Under the pieces are notes generated by a model that was given only the letters and a program-made list of their open reading frames with translations, ran no database searches and had not been told where the DNA came from. 64,000 nucleotides of DNA, from NCBI GenBank assembly GCA_951406725.2, contig OX597831.1:57474001-57538000 (forward strand), read 5' to 3'. The translations under genes were made by a program, and so were the position numbers. The stretch is from Octopus vulgaris. Taxonomy: Eukaryota. Shown in pieces: positions 24,950 through 37,277 of this stretch (positions are counted from its first letter, which is position 1; each line of letters begins with the position of its first letter).

Positions 24950-26697
24950 CCTCGTTGTTTGTGATCAATTACCATCTTTGCTCTTTTCTTGTGCCTGCTC
25001 CAATTATTCTTTATTTTTGCACTGGTGTACATTGTGTCGTGAACTTACCAGCTGATCATAAAAGATTTGTTTTGATATTCAACCATTATTTGTGTGAAGG
25101 ATGTGTCCACACCATCGCATCTGAGACTTGATCAAGAAAGCCTCTATACCAGATATTCCACACATTTCCAGTATAGTGCTATTTTTCACCTTCCTTCTAC
25201 CAAATCCACTCACAAGGCTTTGGTCAGCCGGAGGCTCACTCAACCTTGCGTATTTGCCATAGACATCTCATATGAATGTTGTTCAACTGACTAATGAGCC
25301 TACAATAAAGTGTTCAGGGCTCTGCCGCAAAGAAAAGAGTTTTTAGGGCAACTTACTTTTACGTGTCAATTTTTGTCCTTACTGAGATATCATGGCCATT
25401 CCAAAGCTTCCCAAAAGCTGTACTGACAGTTTCAAAACAAGTTTTGGCCTCCCTATCGAGTTTAGCATCACTTGCTACTGTAGAACTCAAATGTGTGAAA
25501 GCATGAATGGTTTTCAGAGCTTTGCCTTCGATAAACATGCTGGACAAGATTTCTAGATTGTTACTGGGATGTGGCTGATACAAGAGCTGAGTCTTTTTCT
25601 TTTTTTTTTATTTAATCCAAATCAAAATCGAAATCGATTAACATCAATGGAAATTGCAGCTGTGATACCAGTGCAGGTGGTACGTAAGAGAACCATCCGA
25701 ACATGGCCATTGCCAGCGCCGCCCTGACTGGTGGCACATAAAAAAGCACCATCCGATCATGGCCGTTTGCCAGCTTCACCTGGCCCCCATGCCGGTGGCA
25801 CGTAAAAATACCCACTACACTCACGGAGTAGTTGGCGTTAGGAAAGGCATCCAGCCGTAGAAATATTGCCAGATCAGACTGGGCCCGGTGCAGCCTTCTG
25901 GCTTCCCAGACCCCAGTTGAACCGTCCAACCCATGCTAGCATGGAAAGCGGACGCTAAACGATGATGATGATGATATGCTGATAGTTAAGCCAAAAGATC
26001 TGGCTAATGTTGCAAATCCATCAATGATGTGCTGGATGTCCTCAAATGTATGAGCAACCAGGGCACAATCCTCTGCAAACAGTTTCTTATTGTTTGAGAA
26101 GCAACTTTACTCCTAGCTTTGAAATGCTGTTGGTTGAAGATGCCACTCATCTTATGTTCAAGAAAAACACCCTCTTCTACATCAGAAAAAGCAAATCCAG
26201 CATTACTGAAAACAATAATGCAAATAACACAGGTGCCAAAGCACAATTTTGTTTTGTACCATTTTTAACATCAAAAGGCTGAGACTGACTGCCATCTGAA
26301 AGAATGGTTTCTTTCATATCTTTATGTAGAGACACAATGACATTTAGCATGCAACAATTGTACATTTATATAAGCATAAAAGTAACAAGTGTGAACGTGA
26401 CGATTACCAAGGCACATCACTCCTCTCTGTTGCAAGAAAAAAATCTTCTCTAGAGTCATCTTAAACAGGATTAACACAGACTTACTTGGTTCTGTCTATC
26501 CAGTGAGTTAGTGTAGGTTTAGGCCAGGTTGAGGAACAGTGGATATATTATTCAGTTTGTGATAAGTTCAAGAGAAGGCCCAGAGGCACAATAAAGACCT
26601 CTATGTGGTATGTGGTGACCATACAAAAGCCTTTGACTCTATATGTAGGAAAGCTTTGTAGAAAGTATTGACAAAATTTGGAATTCCTGAACAAATG
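24950..26697 (-). mobile_element. Decayed BovB-like RTE LINE with an inverted 5' segment
   Basis: Minus strand: FDVKNGTKQNCALAPVLF and IHAFTHLSSTV...AFGKLW. Plus strand 26351-26697: ATIVHLYK...DYQGTSLLS...DHTKAFDS...KFGIPEQM. Confidence 0.75.
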
Positions 26698-26879
26698 ACA
26701 CACACACACACACATATACATATGATGGTAGACTCCTATAGAGCAAGAAAGATGGTTCGACAATTTTTTTGCTGAACAACTGGTACAATTGGTTTGCTTA
26801 TAATGTACCAACCTGCCACATAAAATAACCCAGCCAAAATGCATTCATACTAACAACACAGTAAACTTTTTTCTGGGAA

Positions 26880-29130
26880 GAGATTATGAACAAGAAACAT
26901 GACCAACAACAATAACCACCACCACTACATGGACATGCGGCAACCACTTATGATCCCACAAAAACAAGTAAGGAATATATATAAAAAAATATTAAAAAAA
27001 AGCTTTAATAAAAGTTTAAGCAGAACTTCACTACTTATATACATAAGGCACTGCATGAGAGGACAATACTGATAGGAGTTGGGGAAAAACACACCAGTCT
27101 AATGTAATGCACAACTGACAACAAAATTGTGAGAGAAAATAGCACAAATCCAAATTCCCAGCTTTTGGTCAATAAATGTCCTGCTATACTGTGCCTCAGT
27201 AACTGTGCACCAATAGATGAGAGTAAGAGAGACCAAGTCAAATGATAATACTGAGCCAGAATGGATTACCTCCCTTCAAAATAACTTCAACAAATTCAGG
27301 AAAATGATAGGCAAGCTGGACATTATCATCAAATGCAAAGGTAAAAACGAATCACCAACTGCAACCGCATAATAGATTCTCCAATTTGTATGGGAGATAC
27401 TGCTGAGAAACACTCATGGGCAAAGTGATCATCCTCAAACATGATCTACAAGTGGTAAATAAAAAACTTTGTAATTGTAAAAAAATCATAAACCAAAAGT
27501 TTGCTGAAACCTACAAGCTGTATATCACAGTATATATTTCTTTACTACCCACAAGGGGCTACACACAGAGGGGACAAACAAGGACAGACAAACGGATTAA
27601 GTCGATTACATCGACCCCAGTGCATAGCTGGTACTTAATTTATCGACACCGAAAGGATGAAAGGTGAAGTCGACCTCGGCGGAATTTGAACCCAGAACGT
27701 AACCGCAGACGAAATACTGCTAAGCATTTTGCCCGGTGTGCTAACATTTCTGCCAGCTCGCCGCCACCATCCTAGTAGTAAATGTTCCTCCCAGGAAGAC
27801 CTAGAGTCATTCTGGCAGGGAATCTGGAATGTAAACAAAGAACTCAATCACGATCAGCATGGTTAACTAAACTACAAAAGGAATATTGTGTAAATGCCTC
27901 TCCCAAAATATATAACATCACTAGAGGAACACTGCTGATGGTTATTATGAAACTGCTGAATGAAAAATCACCTGGGAGAGACCTGATAGTAGGCTATTCA
28001 TACAAAAGGCTCATGTTCTACAGGGAAATACTCACAAACCTGTTTAAAAAAGACAATGGACACTAAGTTAGATATACCAGATAGGCTGACAGTTATATGA
28101 ACTACTCTTATTCCCAAGAACAAAATGACCCATGTGGTCAAAACCCAAAGGCTCATAGCATGATTGAATGTTATGTACAAACTGTACACAGGTTGTCTGA
28201 ATATTTCTCCAAGACCACAGCCATACAAATGGTGTGATAACCAATGAACTAGCAGAAGAAAAGAAAAGGGTCTGAGTTTGTACTGAACAACAACTCTTCA
28301 ACAAAACTGTCCTTAAGGAAGCCAAGCAACATCACCATAACCTTTTAACAATATGGCTAGAGAGCAAGAAGGCATTCGACTCTTTGTCTCACTCATGGAC
28401 AACAGAATCACCATACCTTGCCAAAGTACCAGCTGCTACAGTGAATGCCACTCAAAAGCTGACCACAACATGGTCCACACAGTTATCACTGACAACTACT
28501 AAAGCAACACGAATCGTTCAACAGGGAAATTCCAGGGTGATAGAAAATGTCAGCTCTGCTATACCATTGTGGAAGATATCACCTATATCATCAGCAGCTT
28601 CCCCAAAATATCTATGAGATATTACCTATCCCTGAGGCATGATATAGTTGCATAAACAATCTACAATGCTATCCAGAGGAAGGGGCATCCTGATGTATAC
28701 TTCAAAGGCATGTCAGAACTAGTAGGTATTTACACCTTTAAAAGCAAGGAATACTGGAACATCCCAGTAAAAGCATCAGACATAGCAGATGTGACATTGT
28801 TCTGTGGGACAGGGAACAAAAGTCATGTCCTGTTGTAGAGGTCAGCTGCCCAGCGGATGTGAATGTACAATCAAAAGTCCAGGAAAAAAAACATTTACGA
28901 CAAATTAATGTGGAACTTACAGCTCTAATACCATAGGTGCATTAGGTTATGTACCAACAAATTTGCACAAAATCCTAGAAACACTCAGTTTCATGAAGAA
29001 AGAGCAAAAGAAACTGATGTAGATTCTCCAAATCAAATTCAATCTATTAGTGGCACAGATAAAATCTGCAAGACGTTCCAAAAATTCACCATCTGGGATT
29101 CTTATATGAATAGATGCACGCGCCTGGATG
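26880..29130 (+). mobile_element. Decayed R4/Dong-like LINE with restriction-like endonuclease, interrupted by a family B SINE (about 27534-27765)
   Basis: IWLESKKAFDSLSHSW (within 28321-28398), RHDIVA, DIVLWDREQKSCPVVEVSCPAD and IGALGYVP motifs; many stops. 5' boundary approximate. Confidence 0.7.
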
Positions 29131-29300
29131 TATGCTTCAACAGTTCAACCAGCACACCAACACGACCACATATTGACAAACACTGGGAACACTCTTAACA
29201 AAAAAAAGTCTTGTCACTTTATTACACTGGTTTGAACTCCCTTAAGACCTTAAATAAAACTTCAAGAAAAAGCATACACATATATATACATACATACATT

Positions 29301-29344
<44 letters not shown>

Positions 29345-29351
29345 CCTATAA

Positions 29352-29380
<29 letters not shown>

Positions 29381-29382
<2 letters not shown>

Positions 29383-32300
29383 CTATTTTTTTATTCGTTG
29401 TTACTACGTTTATTCATACACTGTTACGAAAATTTAACCTTTTTTAGGCTACTTTCAAGCCTTCGCCATAACTTGATTTATCTTCCTATCTCTCTCTCTA
29501 CAATATTTAACCGTAGGCTGCCTCAAGCCGTAATCCCATCTTTTCCCATCTTTCAGCCATTGGCGGTCTTCTTTTTCCTCCTCTTCTTCTTCATATGCTA
29601 AAACTTGAAAACCGCCATTACTATTACGATTCTGCAATTTAAATTCCCAGTTCAACTTACTTTCTTCTTCAATTTCAACTCCCGCTCGATGACCGCAGCA
29701 AGTTCTTAAAAATTTATCTTACTATTTTTTTATTCGTTGTTACTACGTTTATTCATACACTGTTACGAAAATTTAACCTTTTTTAGGCTACTTTCAAGCC
29801 TTCGCCATAACTTGATTTATCTTCCTATCTCTCTCTCTACAATATTTAACCGTAGGCTGCCTCAAGCCGTAATCCCATCTTTTCCCATCTTTCAGCCATT
29901 GGCGGTGCGCCCGCCCCCCACCCCCACCACCAATACCGTTGAACACTGTTCTCACCCCCACCACCAATACCGTTGAACACTGTTCTCACCCCCCCCACCA
30001 CCAATACCAGTATACCCCGTTCTCTCCATCTACACCGGATACGCCTTACTCATCTACACTGGGTACGCCCTACTCCCTCCTCCTCCCCACACTACCCCTT
30101 CTCCTCATATGCTTAAGACAAGCTGCTAGCGCCATAGCTCATCAACTGCCCACCGATCTTACGCTTCCTCCTGACACTGCCTCAATCCGACCATCCCCTT
30201 TTAGTACCCTCCCGCCTCGTCAATCCGACCATCCCCTTTTAGTACCCTCCCGCCTCGTAATATCCTACGTTTTTATTTCTTAGGAACCTACACCAACCCT
30301 TCCTGCCATCGTTCCTCCTTACCCCAACCTTCCCCACTGGTTGCTCCCCTATATTACCCGCCTCAACTGGACCCCCCCTCCCCAACTCAACTCTAGAATA
30401 TCTGTATTTCTTTCCTCTACCTAATTACGTTACTCAGTGACGATAACAAATGTCCACTGCTAACACCAGCTCCTGCCCACGGCGTGGTCAGGTTGGAAGA
30501 GAGATCAAAAGAAAAATACCACGAAAACTATCACCACCACTACAACCCTCCTCTTCTCAGGCGCCGAATCCCCCTGTCCCCCCCACATCTCCTTCCCAGT
30601 TTTCAGAGTTGGCACTATCAATGTTGGTACATTGACAGGCAAGTCTAGTGAGATTGTAGAGATGCTAGAGAGAAGACAGGTTGATGTATGCTGCATACAA
30701 GAGGTAAGATGGAGAGATGCTTCGGCTAGGGTCCTCACGGGCAAGGCACTTAGATACAAACTCTACTGGCAAGGTAACGCGGAAGGTGTAGGGGGTGTAG
30801 GCATTCTCCTTGCGGAGGAATGGGTGGATAAGGTCATAGAGGTTGTCAGGGTTTGTGATAGAGTGCTTAAGCTCAGGTTGGTCCTACAGAGTGGCACAGC
30901 TATGATTATCTCAGCCTATGCCCCACAAGCGGGACTACCAAATGATCAGAAGGACAACTTTTATGATACCCTTCTGCAGGCTACTTCAAAGACTAGTAAC
31001 AAGGACCTCATCTTTGTAGGTGGAGATTTTAACGGGCATGTTGGGCGGGAATCGGGTATCTTCACTGGGGTACATGGTGGATATGGTATTGGCACCAGAA
31101 ATGATGAGGGAACTAGACTACTGGAATTCTGTGATGCATGTAACCTTTCAATCTGCAACACTAACTTCAAGAAGCCAGTCTGCCACCTTATAACTTATCA
31201 GTCAGGAGACTCCGCTAGCCAAATAGACTTCATCCTGACCAGACAACGGGATGCAGGGTTGCTCTTGAATACAAAGACCCTCCCGGGTGAAGAATGTATC
31301 CCTCAGCATAGACTAATCATCAGTGACTTTAAGCTTGAGGCCAGAAGGACTCCAAGAAACAAACCAATCCAGAAAAGAAGGATTTGGAGGCTAAAGAACC
31401 CTTCGCATGGTCAGAAATTTAGGGACATACTCATCAAGAAATTTGATGAGAGGGAAGAGGAGCTTCAGACGTCAGACATAGAAGGTAGCTGGGAATTCCT
31501 ACGGGACAGCTTGTTGAGTGCCACAGACCAAGTTTGTGGATGGTGCAAAGTCCCTTCCAGACCTAGAATTACGTGGTGGTGGAATAGTGCAGTAGATAAA
31601 GCCATCTGTGAAAAGAGACGGGCCTGGAAAGCCTGGAAGGATGGGGGCAGCAGGGAACTGTACCAGATAGCCAAAAGGGAGGCTGGGCGGCAGGTATACA
31701 TTGCCAAAGATGTAGCAGAAAAGAAGAAGTTTGCCAATGTCCAGCGTCGCGAGGATCAAAGAGCTGAAGTATTTCGGATTGCCAGACAGTGTGTCAGAGA
31801 AAATAGCGATGTTATAGGAGAGAAATGTGTCCGCATGGATGATGGGGCACTTGCTTTTACTACTAGTGAAAAGAAAGAGGCTTGGAGAAGCCATTATGAA
31901 AGACTGCTAAATGAGGAGAATGAATGGGAGGAGGAGAGCCTGCCAAATGTTGACCCAGTAGAGGGACCAGCTACCCGAATAGACAGCTCCCTTGTAGATA
32001 AGGCAATTAAGGATATGAAACCAGGCAAAGCCCCTGGCCTATCAGGAATCACTGCTGAGATGCTTAAAACAGCTGGCTATGTGGGCCATGCCATAGTCAC
32101 CCGCATTGTAAACCAGGTAGTTCACAATGGAGCCATACCCAATGACTGGTGCAGCAGTACCATAGTCAACTGCTACAAGGGTAAGGGTGATGCTCTAGAT
32201 AGAAATAACTACAGAGGTATCAAACTGTTGGACCAGGTGATGAAGGTCTCAGAGAAGGTCATAACCAATCTCATTAGGGAGAGAATTTGTTTAGATGAAA

Positions 32301-34036
32301 TGCAGTTCGGTTTTGTACCGGGTAGAAGCACCACTGATGCTATATTCCTGGTCCGACAACTGCAGGAGAAGTACCTAGCTAAAGATAAACCCCTCTACAT
32401 AGCTTTTGTAGACTTGGAGAAAGCCTTTGACAGGGTTCCCCGTTCCCTTATCTGGTGGTCGATGCGGAAACTGGAGATTGAAGAATGGCTAATAAGGGCT
32501 GTACAGGCTCTATACAGAGAGGCTGTTAGCAAGGTTAGGATTGGCAACGAATATAGTGAAGAATTCCGAGTAGAAGTAGGTGTGCACCAGGGCTCAGCCC
32601 TCAGTCCCCTTTTGTTCATCATAGTCCTTCAAGCAATAACAGAGGAATTCAAAACGGGATGCCCCTGGGAGCTCCTCTATGCCGATGACCTAGCTCTCAT
32701 AGCAGAATCACTACCGGAACTAGAAGAGAAATTTCGGGTATGGAAGCAAGGGTTGGAATCAAAGGGCCTTAGAATAAATGTAGCAAAGACCAAAGTATTA
32801 GTAAGCAGCAAGAGGTACTCAACACACATCCCCTCGGGTAGGTGGCCCTGCTCAACCTGTAGGAAAGGTACAGGTAGAAACTCCATAAGATGCACCCAAT
32901 GTAAGTTATGGACACATAAGAGGTGCAGCAACATTAAAGGGAAATTAACAGATAAGATAGCTTTCATGTGCGGCAGATGCACAGGGACAATAGACACAAC
33001 AGACACTCAGAAAACAGATTCCATCACACTCCAGGGAGAGAAACTAGAAGTAGTTGATAGTTTCCGCTACCTGGGAGACCAAGTTAGTAGCGGAGGTGGA
33101 TGCACAGAGAGTATCACCACTAGAATACGAATAGCCTGGGCAAAGTTCAGAAAGCTCCTACCCCTACTGGCAACAAAAGGCCTCTCCCTCAGAGCAAAAG
33201 GTAGATTATATGATGCATGTGTGCGAACTGCCATGCTTCACGGTAATGAAACATGGGCTGTGACTGCAGAAGACATGCGTAGACTTGAAAGAAATGAAGC
33301 TAGCATGATCCGCTGGATGTGTAGTGTCAGTGTGCACGCAAAACAGAGTGTAAGTATCCTGAGAGAAATGCTGGATATAAGAAGCATCAGATGTGGTGTG
33401 CAAGAGCGACGCTTGCGATGGTATGGTCATGTGCTGCGGATGGATGAAGAGAGATGTGTGAAGAAGTGCCACTCCCAAACAGTTGAAGGTATCAGGGGGA
33501 GAGGTAGACCCAGGAAGACATGGGATGAGGTGGTCAAGCATGACCTCAGAGCATTGGGCCTCACTGAGGCAATGGCGAAGGACCGAGATCTCTGGAGATA
33601 TGCTGTGACTACAAAGACCCGGGCTGCTTTCTGCAGCAATTCCACATACCCCCTACCCATTCTAAGTACCCCCCTACCCATTCTAAGTACCCCGGATCCC
33701 CAAAGTACCCCGGATCCCCAAAGTACCCTGGATCCCCAAAATACCCCGATCCCCAAAGTACCCCGGACCTCGTTGCCCCCGTGCCGCTGACACGTTAAAA
33801 TGCTCAAATCCGATTGTGACGATGCCGGACCCTCCGGCCCCTGTGCAGGTGGCACGTAAAAAGCACCCAATCCACTCACGGAGTGGTTGGCGTTAGGAAG
33901 GGCATCCAGCCGTAGAAACTCTGCCAGATTCAGACTGGAGCCTGGAGCGGCCCCTGGCTTCCCAGACCCGGTCAAACCGTCCAACCCGTGCTAGCGCGGA
34001 AAGCGGACGTTAAACGATGATGATGATGATGATGAT
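29381..34036 (+). mobile_element. Near-intact RTE-clade LINE, antisense within the long intron
   Basis: Long C-rich 5' region, single APE+RT ORF, 3' UTR and (GAT)n tail. Both flanks carry the same catacctataaatacata minisatellite. 5' boundary uncertain. Confidence 0.93.
30464..33790 (+). CDS. RTE LINE polyprotein (APE endonuclease, reverse transcriptase, PHD-like Zn finger); open frame from the upstream stop
   Basis: GTINV, IQE, GDFNGH, QIDFIL and QHRL (APE); NYRGI, DLEKAFD, GVHQGSALSP and LLYADD (RT); Cys/His cluster; no internal stops. Confidence 0.93.
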   Translation, partial: HQLLPTAWSGWKRDQKKNTTKTITTTTTLLFSGAESPCPPHISFPVFRVGTINVGTLTGKSSEIVEMLERRQVDVCCIQEVRWRDASARVLTGKALRYKLYWQGNAEGVGGVGILLAEEWVDKVIEVVRVCDRVLKLRLVLQSGTAMIISAYAPQAGLPNDQKDNFYDTLLQATSKTSNKDLIFVGGDFNGHVGRESGIFTGVHGGYGIGTRNDEGTRLLEFCDACNLSICNTNFKKPVCHLITYQSGDSASQIDFILTRQRDAGLLLNTKTLPGEECIPQHRLIISDFKLEARRTPRNKPIQKRRIWRLKNPSHGQKFRDILIKKFDEREEELQTSDIEGSWEFLRDSLLSATDQVCGWCKVPSRPRITWWWNSAVDKAICEKRRAWKAWKDGGSRELYQIAKREAGRQVYIAKDVAEKKKFANVQRREDQRAEVFRIARQCVRENSDVIGEKCVRMDDGALAFTTSEKKEAWRSHYERLLNEENEWEEESLPNVDPVEGPATRIDSSLVDKAIKDMKPGKAPGLSGITAEMLKTAGYVGHAIVTRIVNQVVHNGAIPNDWCSSTIVNCYKGKGDALDRNNYRGIKLLDQVMKVSEKVITNLIRERICLDEMQFGFVPGRSTTDAIFLVRQLQEKYLAKDKPLYIAFVDLEKAFDRVPRSLIWWSMRKLEIEEWLIRAVQALYREAVSKVRIGNEYSEEFRVEVGVHQGSALSPLLFIIVLQAITEEFKTGCPWELLYADDLALIAESLPELEEKFRVWKQGLESKGLRINVAKTKVLVSSKRYSTHIPSGRWPCSTCRKGTGRNSIRCTQCKLWTHKRCSNIKGKLTDKIAFMCGRCTGTIDTTDTQKTDSITLQGEKLEVVDSFRYLGDQVSSGGGCTESITTRIRIAWAKFRKLLPLLATKGLSLRAKGRLYDACVRTAMLHGNETWAVTAEDMRRLERNEASMIRWMCSVSVHAKQSVSILREMLDIRSIRCGVQERRLRWYGHVLRMDEERCVKKCHSQTVEGIRGRGRPRKTWDEVVKHDLRALGLTEAMAKDRDLWRYAVTTKTRAAFCSNSTYPLPILSTPLPILSTPDPQSTPDPQSTLDPQNTPIPKVPRTSLPPCR

Positions 34037-34084
34037 ATATATATATACACACACACATACATACCTATAAATACATACATATAA

Positions 34085-34117
<33 letters not shown>

Positions 34118-34183
34118 TACCTATAAATACATACATATATATATATATATACACACACTACACACACACATACATACCTATAA

Positions 34184-34214
<31 letters not shown>

Positions 34215-34859
34215 CACACACACATACATACCTATAAATACATACATATATACATATATATATATACATACCTACTAACACATATACATACACATATATG
34301 TCTATAAATACACATAGACAAATATATACATACATATATATATATTTACACACACACACACTTACACTCACACACACATACACACACTATAAAGGAACAT
34401 TAACTCTTATCACTACCCTAATTCATTCATTTTACAGCTTCTGAAATTTTACTGTTTCTGATATAACAGACTGGAAGGGGAGAGAGGGGAGAAAGAGAGA
34501 AAGAGAAAGAGAGAGAGAGAGGACATGAGTTGATGGAGGTTACAGGTGTGGTGGTGCAGGCAGTGACAGACAGTGTTGGTACTGGTGGTTGCGGAGGAGG
34601 AGGTGTCGGTGGTGTGGATGACGAGTGTGATGAGCATCCGTTGAAATAAATATGACACTTTTGATATTTAAACACTTTCCACCACAGGATGTAGTTCTTC
34701 CAGTTGTGGTGAGGAAGAGACTAGACAGGCTTTTCCACAGGAATATATTATTTTAAAGCCAGAGTAATGAAAACAGATGTCATATACACAAGTTGGTATA
34801 ACCCCAATTCGGCAGCCAATAGACATTTCAAAAAAAAAATAATAATAATAATAAATAAA

Positions 34860-36140
34860 TGAAGGGATGACATAGAGAGAGAGAGGGGGGAGAGGGGGAG
34901 GGAGCAGGAAAGAAGTCACAAAGAAGTGAGGAGGAGTAAAGTGAGCAAAGCTGGAGAGAAAGAAAAGATACAGAGAGAAAAGTGAGAGCTAAAATAGAAG
35001 AGGAGAGGGGGGAGAGAAAGAAATAAAGAAAGCAAGAAAGAAAGAAAGCAAGAAAGAAAAGAAAGAAAGAAAGAGAGAAAGAAAAGACTGAAAGAAAAAA
35101 GAAAGAAAGAAAGAAAGAGAAGACAGACTAAAAGAGAGATAGAAAGAAGGAAAGAAAGAAAAGAAAGAAAGAACGAAAGAAAGAAGGAAGGAAAGAAAGA
35201 AAAGACAGACTAAAATAAAAAAGGCAATAAAAAGAGAAAAACAGAGAAAGACAAAGAAAATGAAAGACAGAAAGACAAAGACAGAGGAAAAAGAAAGAAA
35301 ATAAGGAGAAAAAAAGAAACACAAAGGAGAAAGGAAGGAAGGAAGCAGAGTAGGAGAGAAAAGAACGACAAAGAGGGAAGGTGAGAGCTCAAGTAGAAGG
35401 GGCTAGATTTTTTTTTTTAATTTTGAGGAGAATGTACAACTATTGCAGTCTATCACTGATCTCTCTCCTTTCAACTTTTCCTTGAAGAAGAGCCTCTGCT
35501 TGAAACATTGGGCATTCCCACTCCCCTCAGCAAGTTCATTATATCTCTTTTTATAGATTTTTACTGATGAAGGGTTGATTGAAGGAAAGAGGAAAGTGCA
35601 TGTGTGTGTGTGAGAGAGATACAGAAAGGTGAAGTAGATTAGGGTGGTGGTGGCGTGAGTGAAAAGAGAGGAAAGGAAATTTAGATAAAAAGAAGAGAAT
35701 AAGGATGTAAAGGAAATAGCTGATTAGATAGTGAGAGGAAAATCGAGAGGGAGAGGTTGAGGAAGAGAAGGAGTGAAAACAGAGGGATGGGAGAGGGGAA
35801 GAGAGGGAGAACTGAGAGGAAGGGAAAGTAAAGGAGAAAAAAGGAAGTGAAGAGAGAGAAGGGAGGGTAGAAGAGGGTGGAGAGGGAGAGAGAGGAAGAA
35901 TAAAGCGAGGGTAGGAGGGTAGATAGGAGAAGGAAAGAAAGCACAGAATGGAAGGAACTGTGAAAGATGTGAAGGTATAAAGAGAGGAAGAAAAGAAAAG
36001 TAAAAACAATTGCGAGAGGGAATGAAACGAAGAAAAAATGAGGGTAAAAAAAAAGAGGTAGGAAAAAGAAAGAAGGAAAGAATTAAGATACATAAAACTA
36101 AAAAGAAAGATAGAGAAACAAAACAGAGAGGTGGGAAATG
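34860..36140. repeat. Purine-rich low-complexity tract (GA/GAAA)
   Basis: About 1.2 kb almost entirely A/G on the plus strand, with a short interruption at about 35400-35570. Confidence 0.9.
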
Positions 36141-36361
36141 AGATATATATATATATATATATCTCACTGTATGGCCCAGACTATCAAATGTTATACACCA
36201 CTGGTCACAATGCACTTTCTTGCATCATAGGTAGGCTGACCCTATATATATAATTTCACCCTGGCCAGCACTTGTCAAACTGTCCAACCCATGCCAGCAT
36301 GGAAAATGAACATTAAACAATGATGATAATGATGATAAATATATATATATATATATGCATA

Positions 36362-36975
36362 CTAGCAGAAACCCATCATTCACTGGGTTGAAAAAAAAGC
36401 TGCCAAAATTGTACTTTGAATATTGAAAGTTATTTACTTAGATTGTATTGAACATTTATAAGAAATGACTGTCAGCTTTCATGTAGATAATAGAGCTGTT
36501 TCCTTCATGGGTGCATATAAACTTCTGATCTATGATCTCTAGTATTTCAGTCTATAAATGAAGCAAACATCCACACATACTTTGGCTTATGACTAGTACA
36601 AAATAACTGAATAAAAGTTTGGAAAAAACTAAAAACACATGAACTATAATTTATTGAACTTAAGTATTACAACAAACATGCAAATAGCTTTTCTTAGATG
36701 AATATAATGTAACATTGACAATATCAATTCAAAGTTATTAATCTTAGTCTGTTGATTCCATGCTAAAATCTCCCTTATAGACAATGTTCCAGGTTTTACC
36801 AGCAGGGGCAAAAATGAGAAAAAATTGTTCTTGCTCACCACACTGGATGTCCCAACATATAACTGACCGTGTGAGAAACAGTCCTCTTCTAATTGCAAAC
36901 CAGCAACTTTTAAAGTCTGACTGTGAGACTTATTAATAGACATCACAAGAGACAGACGTAATGTGAACCTGTATC
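36362..36975 (-). mobile_element. Helitron 3' fragment with Pif1-type helicase remnant
   Basis: MSINKSHSQTLKVAGLQL...CFSHGQLYVG helicase C-terminal motif; terminal hairpin (36372-36387) followed by CTAG|T. Confidence 0.85.
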
Positions 36976-37277
36976 TTTAAAATGGGTTTTGATTCTTGGA
37001 CAGGGAAATGCTTTGTGTTCTTGAGCAAAACACTTCATTTCACATTGCAAAATCGATATTCTTCCGTGTTTGTGAAATCTTGTATCTCTGCCATAAGGCT
37101 TCATTTCCACACACGCCAGCTTAATTCAATTCGTCCTTAGTTGAAAGACACCTGCTGTTATGTCCTGTTATTAATTTCATTGTATTTGTATTTGTGTAAC
37201 ATTGTCCGTTTTTTTCCATCCTTGTTTTTGTATACATTCGCTGCTTTCTTCCAAGGAATCTAATGTTCTTAGCTTAG

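Noticed and set aside
34989-36215. Hydrophobic F/L/S-rich ORFs resembling membrane proteins
   Set aside because: They are the reverse strand of a purine-rich low-complexity tract.
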